The notes below the pieces were generated by a model. The model did not search any database, was not told where the DNA came from, and worked only from the letters and a program-made list of their open reading frames with translations. A stretch of 64,000 nucleotides of DNA from Pseudomonadota bacterium (GTDB lineage: Bacteria; Myxococcota; JACRCW01; JAFGSX01), in NCBI GenBank assembly GCA_043821645.1, contig JBDRCO010000111.1, positions 1 to 64,000 on the forward strand. The letters are read 5' to 3'. The position numbers and the translations under genes were made by a program. Of this stretch, positions 48,983 through 59,348 are shown piece after piece; the first letter of the stretch is position 1; every line of letters starts with the position of its first letter.

Positions 48983-49300
48983 CTACAGGATGCGGTGGAT
49001 CAGCCGGTCGATGCGCGAGCGCAGCGAGGGGTCGGCCTCGGTGACGCGCGTGCTCTGGGCGATGTCGACGTCGAACATACGCTGGTTCAGATCCCTGGCG
49101 AAGGCCGGATCGGTGACCACCAGGTTGAGCTCGTCGTTGATGCGCAGGCTGCGGTCATCGAGGTTGGAGGAGCCCACAGTGGACCAGTGGTTGTCGATGG
49201 TGGCGACCTTCTGGTGCGCCATGCGGCCTTGGTACTCGTAGATCTCGACTCCGGCCTCGAGCATGTCCGGGGAGTTCGCCGAGGCCAACGCGCCTGGGCA
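48983..49300 (-). pseudogene. C-terminal fragment of a cardiolipin synthase/PLD-family gene
   Basis: MLEAGVEIYEY..MAHQKVATID....VGSSNLDDRSLRINDELNL (second HKD); no N-terminal half upstream. Confidence 0.75.
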
Positions 49301-49383
49301 CCTGGCCATCACCGGCGGCGCCGGGAACCCTGGCCGGGGAGCGCCATCGACCGCATCGCCGAATCCCGCGTCTTCTAGGTACG

Positions 49384-50453
49384 ATGTTGCAGACGGAGGC
49401 AGCGCCTGTGACAACGATCAAGTCCTACTCTCCAAGAACGGGCCAGCGCTCGACAGATGCTCTGTCCGGCCCCGGGACCGATGTGAAGGCTGCTGTGCCG
49501 CAGCCCGAGATCACAGCGCCCGGGGTGAAGCCGGATATCGTGTCGAGCTCCGGTCAGGTCGAGCAGGCCAAGCTGTTGGGCCAGGTGGATGCACCTGTCA
49601 CCGCGACGACGCCGCAAACCGGTGCGCGGGACCTGCGTGCGACCTTTGACGGACTGCAGACGATCGGTGGAGGCCCGGCCCAGGCGCGCCTGCTGCAGGA
49701 CAACCTGGATAGCTGGAATGCTCGCTGGAAGATGCTGGAATCCGCCACCATGTCGATCGACACGGCCTACTTCAGCCTCGAGAAGGATGTCTTCGGTTTC
49801 GCCTTCCTGGGTTTGCTGCTGAACAAACAGCTCGAGGGTGTGCCGGTGCGGGTGATGACCGACGCCATGGCCGACACCTTTGGCCAGCGTGGTTTCAAGA
49901 TGCCCCTGCGCGGCAAGGACTACCTGCAGGAGCTGGCCAATCACGGCGGTCAGGCCTACATCTTTCACCCGATCTGGCAGCGCCCCCTGGACCTGGTTCG
50001 CGGCGACTACTCCCCTCTTGCCTCCAACCACGACAAGACCCGGTCGTCGACGGCAAGCATGGCATGACCGGCGGCCGCAACATCGGTATCGACTACCTGA
50101 CGTCGGTGAATGACAGGCCCCACGCCTGGCGAGACCTGGATGTGGCCCTGGAAGGCGAGGGGCCCGCGGCGGCTCTGACCGCGTCCTTTGACGCCGAGCT
50201 CAACCAGGTGTTCGAGAACGACCTCGCCGACCCCAAGAACGGCTTTCTCGAGTACACCATCGCCCGCCTGCCCGACGGCCGGCCGCGGGTCGAGAACGGC
50301 AAGCCCACACCCACCTTCGGGCCCGAGGACCACCTGCCCCAGAAGGTGCTCGACGAGTACCGGGGCAAGCGCAAGCTCTGGGGTCACACCCTGCGCGACA
50401 ACGCCCTGGCCTTTGCTCCCCTGCGCCATCCGCCGCTCGAAGACACCATCTGA
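49384..50453 (+). pseudogene. Frameshifted, internally shortened PLD-family (ClsC-like) gene
   Basis: SNHDKT is followed in another frame by VVDGKHGMTGGRNIG and WRDLDV; no second HKD before the stop at 50453. Confidence 0.8.
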
Positions 50454-50531
50454 GGCGCAACTCTCACGCCTGGACCCGGGGCCTGTGGTAGACCGTTCTG
50501 CTGGCTATCGGCTGCGGGGACTTCCCAGATG

Positions 50532-53486
50532 CTATGGGCACAGCTCGTGGACTCCGATATCGTACTCGGCGCCGCAGGGCCTGGCTGTGCCGTCGATGTC
50601 CAGCATGTCCTCGGGATCGGTGGCCGCAGCAAAGGGCCAGTACTGGTCCGACATGCGGCTTGCGTCCTTGAGCGGGGACCCGGGCTGCAGGTGATAGCCG
50701 TCCGCTTCGAACAGCGGGTCGACGTCGACCGAGGCTCGGTTGGTCGAGCCACTGCCGTAGTATGCCAGCTGGTTGACCGCGGCCACGGCGGTCAGGTCCA
50801 CGGCGGCCGAGCAGTCTGCTCCGGGAGCCCGATGCACGTAAGCGGTGGGCTCCGCGCCGACACCGTCGATGGCAGGCCAGAACGCGTTGTTGAACGAATA
50901 GAACGGCTCGACGCGGTGCAGCCCGCCACTGGCTGAACATGTTTCCATGTAGCCAAGGCTGGTTGCACCGGCCCCGGCGTCGATGATGTTGCCGACAAAA
51001 AGACCGGCATGCGCCGAGGCGACCGTGGCGTCGCCACTCAGGTTCACCGCCACACTGATGCCACTGGCGAGGCCTGCACCTGCGATCAGGTTGTGCAGCA
51101 GGACCACGTCGTCACCGGCATTTCCCGCCAGCTCCAGGCCCTGGCTCACCGAGGCGTTGCCGCCGAGGATGCGATTGGCGATCACGAAGGTGCTCTGCTC
51201 GAGCATGGGGACGTTCTCGTCGGCACGTATCCACAGACCCACCGCAAGGTTGGTCGGTGGATCGGTCCTGCCACCTGCCTGCAGCAGGTTTCGCTCGAGG
51301 CGACAGTACCGGCAACCGCCCGCCAGATAGACGCCCGCTGCCAGCTGGCTGGCCTGGCCACCCGCTATGATGCTGTCGTGCAGGCTCAACCTGAACATCT
51401 CGACGTCACCGAGCAGGCCATAGCTGCGCTGGCAGCCATCGCCACCGCGGACATCCAGATTCGAGAGTCTGACGCTGATGGCCGCCCCCTCCATCCACAC
51501 ACCGCGGCTGGAACCCGTGCTCCCGGCGCAGGTGCCGCCCTGCACCTGCCCACCATTCATGGTCAAGAGTCCATTTCCCCTGATGTGCAAGCCTGCGGTG
51601 GTCTCGGCCTGGCCAGATTGCACCACGGCGTCGGTGCAGACCAGCGTGCCTGCATCGTGGAGTATGCCTGTCGAGGTGGTGCCACTCGCTCCTGCGACGT
51701 CACCGGCCACCACGGTGGTGGCGTCGAGAAGCAGGTGGCTGCTCGCGCCACTCAGCTGAATGCCGATGGCGCGCTCCGTGGCGGGGCCGCTGTCGATGCT
51801 GCCGGCGGTCACCTGCAGCGTGGCATTGTCGCTGAAACGAACTCCCACCGCGACCAAGGTCGATGCGCCACTCGGGCTGGTTCCCACGACGGTGCTTCCG
51901 TCGAGCGTTACACCCTGGGCGTCGAGGTCTATCCCGACGGCCGTGCCGTCTGCCAGCGAGACCGGGTCCAGATCCAGCCCCTTGCCGCCCTCGAAGCGAT
52001 CTCCGACGCTGCGCAGCGGTGCCGCGAGCAGGCCTCCCGTGGCCAGCCCAGCCTGGCCGCCTCGGTAGAAGTTGTCGCGACTGATCGCCGGGGAGGATGC
52101 CACCAGGCCTACCGCCTGATGCGGTGTGAACTGTCCCACCACTCCACGGGCGCTGTTGCGCTCGATGATGGGCGTCGAGAATGCGGCCATGGGCGCACCG
52201 ACCAGGATCCCGACATATCCACCTTCGTTGCAGGCGATGCCGCAGCCCAGGATCTCCTCATTGTCGTGCGCCCAAAGGTCACCACCGGCCAGATACAGCC
52301 CGTAGGCCACCTGGGTGGCGGTGCCACCCTCGATCAACATGTTGCCCGCGATCTCGGCGCGTGTTGCACCGCCTTCGCGCGCGCGGATGGCAGCACCCAT
52401 GACGATGGAGGCCCGGCCACCCAGGATGCTATTGCCCACGACCTGTGGCACGCCTCCCGCAATGTGCAAGCCCACTGTCATGGTGCTGGCTGTGCCACCC
52501 TGAATGGTGTTGCCCTCGACCACGCTCACTAGCTCCGAGTCGATATCCTCGAATTCGATATACAGACCCGCGGCCAGCTCGGGTGCCGCTTGCAGGGTCG
52601 GCGGTGCACCGTGCAGCCGGTTGTCGCGGATCTCGCTGGCGGCGTCGATCACGTGCACCGCAGTGCGGGTGGCCATGGGTTGCAGGGCCTCCGCGGCCTG
52701 GATGTCGCATCCCTCCAACCGCACCCCGCTGGCCGTGATGCGCACGCCCTCTTCACCGGTGAAGCGGATGGGGGTGTGGAACCAGGTGTCACTCACCTTG
52801 TCCCAGCTCACGGGGTCAAAGCCGCACTCCAGGCTCAGCACCACGCCCGTGTCGGATGCGTCGTCATCCAGCAGCAGGGTGGAGTCGCGCAGGTAGGCGG
52901 TGCCGGAGGTGGCCAGGCGGAGCAGAGGCTCGGCCTCGTCTCCACCTGCAATGCGCGCTCGCAAGTTGGCCATGGCGTCCTCGATGTCCTTGCAGGACCT
53001 CCCCGGCGCACCGCAGTGTCCGTGGCGAGCGCCTGCTTCCTGGTAGCCCCGGCCCTCCCAGCTCGAGGTGTTGGCCACATCGCCGCCGCGCTCGTCGAGC
53101 ACGGTCACCGCGATCTCGCGCGCCACCGTTGTCTTGCCGTCGCTGACCTCGAGTGTGATCGTGAGCTGCGCTGCTGCTGGTCCGCCCTCATAGACGGCAC
53201 GATCGATCGCGATCATCGGATCAACGCAACCGTCAGGCATCGTCACCCCGGCCAGGGCCGGACTCACTTGCCAGGTGCAGCGCAACGCGTCGCCGTCGGC
53301 GTCGTGCGCGGCCTCGATCAACAGTGCGGTGCTGTCGCCAGGGAAGAGGGCCACGGACTCCACCGCGACCACGTTCGGCGCCCGGTTGTCGTCGCCGGGA
53401 CCCGGTGGAGTGCCTCCGCAGTCACAGGAACTGGCGAGCACGCCAAGGGATAGCAGGAAGATCTTCTGGCCCGTCACGCGGATCAT
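50532..53486 (-). CDS. Large lipoprotein with PKD-like domain, long Gly-rich beta-helix and choice-of-anchor-Q-like end
   Basis: ASSC; NRAP; repeated I.GG.A....G(L/I) rungs; YHLQPGSPLKDA...DIDG.ARP....DIG.HE. Confidence 0.78.
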   Translation of the reverse strand: MIRVTGQKIFLLSLGVLASSCDCGGTPPGPGDDNRAPNVVAVESVALFPGDSTALLIEAAHDADGDALRCTWQVSPALAGVTMPDGCVDPMIAIDRAVYEGGPAAAQLTITLEVSDGKTTVAREIAVTVLDERGGDVANTSSWEGRGYQEAGARHGHCGAPGRSCKDIEDAMANLRARIAGGDEAEPLLRLATSGTAYLRDSTLLLDDDASDTGVVLSLECGFDPVSWDKVSDTWFHTPIRFTGEEGVRITASGVRLEGCDIQAAEALQPMATRTAVHVIDAASEIRDNRLHGAPPTLQAAPELAAGLYIEFEDIDSELVSVVEGNTIQGGTASTMTVGLHIAGGVPQVVGNSILGGRASIVMGAAIRAREGGATRAEIAGNMLIEGGTATQVAYGLYLAGGDLWAHDNEEILGCGIACNEGGYVGILVGAPMAAFSTPIIERNSARGVVGQFTPHQAVGLVASSPAISRDNFYRGGQAGLATGGLLAAPLRSVGDRFEGGKGLDLDPVSLADGTAVGIDLDAQGVTLDGSTVVGTSPSGASTLVAVGVRFSDNATLQVTAGSIDSGPATERAIGIQLSGASSHLLLDATTVVAGDVAGASGTTSTGILHDAGTLVCTDAVVQSGQAETTAGLHIRGNGLLTMNGGQVQGGTCAGSTGSSRGVWMEGAAISVRLSNLDVRGGDGCQRSYGLLGDVEMFRLSLHDSIIAGGQASQLAAGVYLAGGCRYCRLERNLLQAGGRTDPPTNLAVGLWIRADENVPMLEQSTFVIANRILGGNASVSQGLELAGNAGDDVVLLHNLIAGAGLASGISVAVNLSGDATVASAHAGLFVGNIIDAGAGATSLGYMETCSASGGLHRVEPFYSFNNAFWPAIDGVGAEPTAYVHRAPGADCSAAVDLTAVAAVNQLAYYGSGSTNRASVDVDPLFEADGYHLQPGSPLKDASRMSDQYWPFAAATDPEDMLDIDGTARPCGAEYDIGVHELCP

Positions 53487-53815
53487 GTATTCCCTCCATC
53501 ATCTGTACCGATGGGCACCATGGACAATACAGCGCATGCGACGCAGGTGGCACGGCGAATGTGGTCCTCGGGCCCCGGGGATGATGCAGCCTCGAAACAG
53601 GTGCTCTCTCCACCTCTCCTCGGACCCGCGCGCAGGTATCGGGAACCGGCTCCCGACGACACCCGCTGTGAGAAAGCGAGCGGTCACGGACTGAAACGGC
53701 CCCTGTGACGGGAGCGTTGCCTGCTGCGGCGGGATGTGGCACGAAACGCATCCCTCGAGAGAGGCGTGGCAAACTCCGGGCGAATCCCCAACCCTCGACT
53801 CCGACGAGGCGCTGC

Positions 53816-56140
53816 ATGACCGAGACCGCCGCAACATCGGCCCAGGACTACAGTCACCAGATCGCCGCCGAGCTCGCCCTGCCCGAGGCCGGTGTGCGCC
53901 AGGCCCTGGCCCTGTTCGGCAGCGGCGCCACGGTGCCCTTCGTCGCGCGGTACCGCAAGGAGGTGACGCAGGACCTCGACGAGGTGCAGCTGCGCGCCCT
54001 CCAGGAGCGTGAGGTCTACCTGCGCGAGCTCGACGAGCGGCGGGCCACCGTGCTCAAGAGCATCGCCGAGCAAGGCAAGCTGACACCAGAGTTGCAGGCC
54101 GCGATCCTGGGCTGCACCAGCAAGAACACTCTCGAGGATTTGTACCTTCCTTTCAAACCCAAGCGCCGCACCCGGGCCACCATCGCGCGCGAGAAGGGAC
54201 TGGAGCCCCTGGCGCTGCGCATCCTGGAGCAACCTGAAGAAGGCGATCCCGAGGTCGAGGCCGCGCCCTTTGTGGACCTCGACAGGGGCGTCGAGGACGT
54301 CGAGGCCGCCCTGGCGGGGGCGCGGGATATTGTCGCCGAGGCCGTATCGGAGCAGGTCGACGTGCGCGCCCAGGTGCGACGCCTGTTCGTCGAACGAGGA
54401 CTCGTGGTGTCAACGATGGCACGCGAGGTGGCGGGCACGCGCACCAAGTTCGAGCAGTACTACGAGTTCAGTGAGCCCGTGGCGAGCATTCCCTCCCATC
54501 GCTTCCTGGCTGTGCGCAGGGGGGAGCGCGAAGGCGCGCTGAAGGCGAGCGTGTGCATCGAGGCCGAGGCGGCACTGCCTGACGCTCTGCGACGCATGGG
54601 GCACCGCCCCGGCACACCCTTCGCGGGCCAGTTGCTCGAGGCGACTCGCGACGCCCTGGAACGTCTGCTGCTTCCCACCGTCGAGACCGACACGCGGGTC
54701 GACCTGAAGATGCGCGCCGACCGGGACGCCATCGAGGTCTTCGCCGACAACCTTCGCGCGCTGCTGCTGGCGTCACCCCTGGGCGGGAAACCCGTGTTCG
54801 GCATCGACCCGGGACTGCGCACGGGCTGCAAGCTCGCCGTGGTCGACCCCACCGGCCGCTTCGTCGAGAACACCACGCTGTATCTGAGTGCCAGCGACGA
54901 CGCCAAGCAGCGGGCCGCGAAGGATCTGCTGCAGCTGGTCGAGCGCCACCATCCCTTCGCGGTGGCCGTGGGCAACGGAACCGGCGGACGCGAGACCGAG
55001 GCCTGGGTGCGGCTGGTCCTGCGCGACTCGGGCCAGAACACGGTGCTTGTGGTGCCGGTCAACGAGTCCGGGGCCAGCGTGTACAGCGCCTCGGACATCG
55101 CCCGGGAGGAATTCCCGGAACTCGACCTCACAGTGCGCGGCGCCATCTCCATTGCTCGGCGTCTGCAGGATCCCCTGGCCGAGCTGGTCAAGGTGGAGCC
55201 CAAGGCCATAGGTGTGGGCCAGTACCAGCACGATGTGCATCAGCCGCTGCTGGCACGCAAGCTGGACCAGGTTGTCGAGAGCTGTGTCAACGCGGTGGGC
55301 GTCGAACTCAACACGGCCAGCGCGGCGCTGCTTTCTCACGTGGCCGGGGCCGGGCCCAAGCTGGCATCCAAGATCGTGACGCACCGCGAGCAGCACGGCC
55401 GCTTCGTCGCCCGCAAGGGTCTCAAGGACGTGTCCGGGCTTGGCCCGCGTGCCTTCGAGCAGTGTGCAGGCTTCATCCGCGTGCGGGACGGGGAGCATCC
55501 GCTGGACGCCTCGGCGGTGCACCCCGAGCGCTACAAGCTGGTCGAGCGCATGGCCAAGGACCTCGGCGTAGATCTGAGGAGCCTCATCGGCAACAAGGAG
55601 CAGATCGCACGCATCGACCTGGCGCGCTACGTCGAGGGTGACGTGGGTGAGCCCACCCTGCGGGACATCCTGGCCGAGCTGCAGAAGCCCGGTCGGGATC
55701 CACGCCAGAGCTTCGAGCCCCCACGCTTTCGTGACGACGTGCAGACACTCGAGGATCTCAAGCCCGGCATGCGCCTCGAGGGTGTGGTCACCAACGTCAC
55801 GGCCTTTGGTGCCTTCGTCGACCTGGGCGTGCACCAGGATGGGCTGGTCCACGTGTCCAAGCTCGCAGATCGCTTCGTTCGGGATCCGCGCGAGGTGGTG
55901 AAGGCCGGCGATCGCATCGTGGTGCGGGTTCTCGATGTGGACTTGGAGCGGCGACGCATCTCACTGACCGCTCGCAGCGACGAGCCTGCCACGGCTCAAG
56001 CTCCAGGCGAGGGTGCGCGCGGAACAAGCACACCGGAGCGACCGCGACAGGATTCGCGCCGCGCCCCCGAGCCCCGTTCGCCGGCGGGTGACGGCTTTCG
56101 GAACAATCCCTTCGCCGATGCCCTCAAGAGCTTGCGTTGA
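53816..56140 (+). CDS. tex: Tex family RNA-binding transcription accessory protein
   Basis: GATVPFVARYRKE, LEDLYLPFKPKRRT, GIDPGLRTGCK, GVGQYQHD, C-terminal S1 domain. Confidence 0.96.
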   Translation: MTETAATSAQDYSHQIAAELALPEAGVRQALALFGSGATVPFVARYRKEVTQDLDEVQLRALQEREVYLRELDERRATVLKSIAEQGKLTPELQAAILGCTSKNTLEDLYLPFKPKRRTRATIAREKGLEPLALRILEQPEEGDPEVEAAPFVDLDRGVEDVEAALAGARDIVAEAVSEQVDVRAQVRRLFVERGLVVSTMAREVAGTRTKFEQYYEFSEPVASIPSHRFLAVRRGEREGALKASVCIEAEAALPDALRRMGHRPGTPFAGQLLEATRDALERLLLPTVETDTRVDLKMRADRDAIEVFADNLRALLLASPLGGKPVFGIDPGLRTGCKLAVVDPTGRFVENTTLYLSASDDAKQRAAKDLLQLVERHHPFAVAVGNGTGGRETEAWVRLVLRDSGQNTVLVVPVNESGASVYSASDIAREEFPELDLTVRGAISIARRLQDPLAELVKVEPKAIGVGQYQHDVHQPLLARKLDQVVESCVNAVGVELNTASAALLSHVAGAGPKLASKIVTHREQHGRFVARKGLKDVSGLGPRAFEQCAGFIRVRDGEHPLDASAVHPERYKLVERMAKDLGVDLRSLIGNKEQIARIDLARYVEGDVGEPTLRDILAELQKPGRDPRQSFEPPRFRDDVQTLEDLKPGMRLEGVVTNVTAFGAFVDLGVHQDGLVHVSKLADRFVRDPREVVKAGDRIVVRVLDVDLERRRISLTARSDEPATAQAPGEGARGTSTPERPRQDSRRAPEPRSPAGDGFRNNPFADALKSLR

Positions 56141-57617
56141 ACTGCAGGAGTTCCTGCTCCCCGAAGCAGGCCTGACCGCGACCGGCGTGCTTGGCCCGGT
56201 ACAGGAAACGGTCAGCCAGTCGGTACAGGGTCGTGGGATCCGAGGCGTCGTCGGGCCAGGTGGCTCCGCCGATGCTGATCGAGATGCCGTGCTTCATGGC
56301 AGCACAGCCCAGACGAACAGCAGCAGCACGGAGCTGGTCGCGGCTCTGCTCGGAGCAGAACACCGCGAACTCGTCACCACCCAGGCGCCCGACGAGGTCG
56401 CTCAGGCGCAGCTCCTGGTGCAGGAGCTGTCCCAGGGTGCGCAGCACCTCGTCACCCGCCTCGTGCCCGCGGGTGTCATTGGTGAGCTTGAAACGATCGA
56501 TATCGATGACCAGGAGCGAGCACGGGCGTCGCGAACGCACGCAGCGGGCTTGCTCCTCGGACACGCGGCGGTCGAATTCGCGGCGATTGAGCACCCCGGT
56601 GAGACCATCGGTGCGAGCCAGTTCCTCGACGCTGCGCAGGAGTTCGAGGTTCTCCCAGACCAGGGCCGTCTGGTCGATGAAGAAGCGGCACAGTGTGATG
56701 CGTTCGGGCGGAATGGGAGCTCGGTTGTAGACGTTGTCGGCGTAGATCAAGCCCATGAGCTTGCCGTGTGGCTTGATGGCTGCGAGCAAGAATTCCTCAG
56801 CTGGCCCGAGGGCTCGCAGGGAGCCGTTGACGAGCTGACCACGCTGCACGAGCAAGGGGCCCGAGTGTGCGAGCGCTGCGCTCACCTCGTCCGCGGCATC
56901 CGGGCTGACCTCCAGGGAGCGGGTCCGGATGAACTCCTCGAATCCCGTGTGAAAGCGGCCGCGAGCGTAGTCCTCGACCAGATCCTCGATGCCCTTGGAC
57001 TGGATCTCGATCTCCTCCCAGATCGCGCTCGCCTCCAGGCCGCTGGCTGGTCCCACGGCCCGGGAACCGATAAAACCTCCCCTCACCGGATCGTGCACGA
57101 ACAGGGCGGCGCGATTGAAGCCCAGGGAATAGCCAGAGGTCAGGCCCGAGAGCATGATGTACAGGGCCCTGTCCACATCGGTGTTCTCGAGCATGTGGCT
57201 GGTGATGCTCTGCATCGTGGCCAGGGTCGCGGACTGAAAGGCGAGACGCTGCAGCAGGTCCGGGAACTCCTCACGCGTGAACAGGGTCTCGAACACGCGC
57301 CGCACAACCTCGGTGATATCCCTCGACAGTTCTCTCGTGTCGAGGACGCAGGCACGCGTTCCTCGCGACAGGGATACACGCGCCTGCGAGGCGTCTGGTA
57401 CCAGCCGCAGCTCGGCCAGGTCGAGGTGCGTGCTCCCCAGCGCCAGCTTGATGAGCTGCCGGGCCACCAGGGGGATGACCTCGCGCTCCGCAGGCAGGAC
57501 CGCTTCGAGGCTCAAACGCTGGGGCAGGTAGGCAAAGACAGCGCGCACGTGAAAGGGCAGCGACGCCAGCTTGATGTGGTGCCAGATCTCCTCAGGGATA
57601 TTGTCGGTCCGTGGCAT
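56124..57617 (-). CDS. GAF-sensor diguanylate cyclase
   Basis: TDGLTG, DIDRFK, RLSD I-site, RLGGDEF; upstream GLTSGYSLGFNRAALF GAF-like region. Confidence 0.92.
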   Translation of the reverse strand: MPRTDNIPEEIWHHIKLASLPFHVRAVFAYLPQRLSLEAVLPAEREVIPLVARQLIKLALGSTHLDLAELRLVPDASQARVSLSRGTRACVLDTRELSRDITEVVRRVFETLFTREEFPDLLQRLAFQSATLATMQSITSHMLENTDVDRALYIMLSGLTSGYSLGFNRAALFVHDPVRGGFIGSRAVGPASGLEASAIWEEIEIQSKGIEDLVEDYARGRFHTGFEEFIRTRSLEVSPDAADEVSAALAHSGPLLVQRGQLVNGSLRALGPAEEFLLAAIKPHGKLMGLIYADNVYNRAPIPPERITLCRFFIDQTALVWENLELLRSVEELARTDGLTGVLNRREFDRRVSEEQARCVRSRRPCSLLVIDIDRFKLTNDTRGHEAGDEVLRTLGQLLHQELRLSDLVGRLGGDEFAVFCSEQSRDQLRAAAVRLGCAAMKHGISISIGGATWPDDASDPTTLYRLADRFLYRAKHAGRGQACFGEQELLQFNASS

Positions 57618-57704
57618 GTGGCCCTGACCTTACTGCGTCAGACCAGGCCCGAACAAGCTGGGCAACATTGACCCGACGCCTTGTGGGTGTAGGATCGCGA
57701 ACCT

Positions 57705-59348
57705 CTGACGACGGAGCCATCCATTCCACGCCACGCGACCAGCAGCAGCTCGCTGCGCGAACGCCTGCACGAGATCCTGGAACCCTACCAGGGAGGTCCG
57801 GGCTCCACGCGGCTCAGTCTGGTGGTGGACCTGCTGGTGCTGCTGTGCATCGTTGCGTCCATCGTCCTGATCCCGCTCGAATTCACACATCCAGAATATG
57901 CAGAGCGGATCTGGCAGGCCGAGCTGGGCTTCACCGCGATATTCGTGGTCGAGTACCTGTTGCGCTGGTATGCGGCACCCCGCCGATGGCGCTATCCCTT
58001 TGGCTTCTATGCGGTCATTGACCTGCTCGCGATCCTGCCGACGATGCTCACCGCGGGCGCCGAGTTCATGGCTTTTCGAGCCGTGCGCGGGTTGCGCTTG
58101 CTTCGCCTGTTGCGCGTTCTACGTGCAGTGCGGCTGCTGCGCATGTTGCGCTATGGCTACCTGCTGCGCCGCGCCCTGGCGCGCCTCACCATCTGGCTCG
58201 GCGCCATCATTTACCAGTACCGCCTGAAGCAGCTGGGCCGGCTGGCTCTGTACGTCGTTATCGCCTGGGTGGTGGGTGCCAATGTCCTCCACCTCACCGA
58301 GCTCAGGTTAGCCGGTCCGGACAGCCCCTACGCCAACTACTGGCACGCCTACTGGAACGTGGTGGTACTGCTGATCTCGGGCATCGAGGACAAGGAACCG
58401 CGATCCGTGCTGGGGAGCATCGAGGTCACGGCCATGCTCATCGTGGGCATCGTCATGGTCGGCCTTCTCACCGGCGAGATCGTGGGTGTGCTGGTGCGTC
58501 GTGTGCAACGTGCCGGGCGCGTACCGCTGATGCCACCGGGCGAGCGCATGACGCAGCACATCGTGGTGCTTGGCCGCAATCGCCACCTCGATCAGGTGGT
58601 GCGCCAGGTCATGGCGGCCCTGCGTGAGCGCCACTACGTGTTGTTGGTGAGCCAGGATGCGGACCAGATCGTGGTGACTGAGCCTTCGGTGTATCGCCAG
58701 GTCCTGGCCTTGCCGGGCGATCCCGCGGACCGCCGCATCCTGGAGCAGGCCAACGTGGCTGGGGCACTGCGGGTGATCGTGCTGGCGGAGGATGACGGGG
58801 CACACAGGGCCTCGCAGATCGACAACCGCTCGCTGATGCGGACCCTCGCGGTGCTGGGTCATGCCCGGCACGTGCCCGTGGTCACCGAGATCCTCGACGA
58901 CGAGAGTCTGGGCTACGCGAGCCATCTGGAGGGGCCGGAGTTCGTGCTCAGCCGCCAGATGGGAGTGAAGTTGCTCGCACGAGCGGTCCTGGAGCCCGGT
59001 TTGACAGGCATTTTCGACGAGTTGCTGACCTTCACCACCGACTCCAGTGAGTTCTACACCCTTCCGGTGCTGGCGAGTCTGGTTGGCAAGAGCTTCCCCG
59101 AGGCCCAGCGCCACTTCGTGGATCACGACGACGAGGCCGTGATCCTGATCGGGGTGGACAGGTCGCCCCAGGACCGACCCGGTTCTGACCTGCTGCTAGC
59201 GCCCACGCCCGGTGACAAGGGAGCGCCGCTCGACGCGCTGGTGCTACGCGAGGGTGACCGCCTGGTGTTCATCGCCTACGAGCTGCCTCGCTTTGCCGAG
59301 GTCGACAGGGAGGATCTGTGGCAGGGCAAGATCCTGCTCTCGGTCTAG
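57705..59348 (+). CDS. 6TM ion channel with voltage-sensor-like S4 and C-terminal RCK domain
   Basis: EYLLR, IDLLAILP, Arg-rich S4, pore-like YW...SGIED.EP.S.LG, HIVVLG, GDPAD. Start uncertain: CTG 57705 proposed, track gives 57822. Confidence 0.8.
   Translation: MTTEPSIPRHATSSSSLRERLHEILEPYQGGPGSTRLSLVVDLLVLLCIVASIVLIPLEFTHPEYAERIWQAELGFTAIFVVEYLLRWYAAPRRWRYPFGFYAVIDLLAILPTMLTAGAEFMAFRAVRGLRLLRLLRVLRAVRLLRMLRYGYLLRRALARLTIWLGAIIYQYRLKQLGRLALYVVIAWVVGANVLHLTELRLAGPDSPYANYWHAYWNVVVLLISGIEDKEPRSVLGSIEVTAMLIVGIVMVGLLTGEIVGVLVRRVQRAGRVPLMPPGERMTQHIVVLGRNRHLDQVVRQVMAALRERHYVLLVSQDADQIVVTEPSVYRQVLALPGDPADRRILEQANVAGALRVIVLAEDDGAHRASQIDNRSLMRTLAVLGHARHVPVVTEILDDESLGYASHLEGPEFVLSRQMGVKLLARAVLEPGLTGIFDELLTFTTDSSEFYTLPVLASLVGKSFPEAQRHFVDHDDEAVILIGVDRSPQDRPGSDLLLAPTPGDKGAPLDALVLREGDRLVFIAYELPRFAEVDREDLWQGKILLSV

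Noticed and set aside
50029-50067. Programmed ribosomal frameshift in the PLD gene
   Set aside because: No slippery sequence, the break lies within the catalytic motif, and the neighbouring genes are also fragments.
48983-50453. PLD-nuclease anti-phage defence system
   Set aside because: The motifs (GSSNLDDRS, GGRNIG, WRDLD) are cardiolipin-synthase type, and no helicase or methylase partner is nearby.
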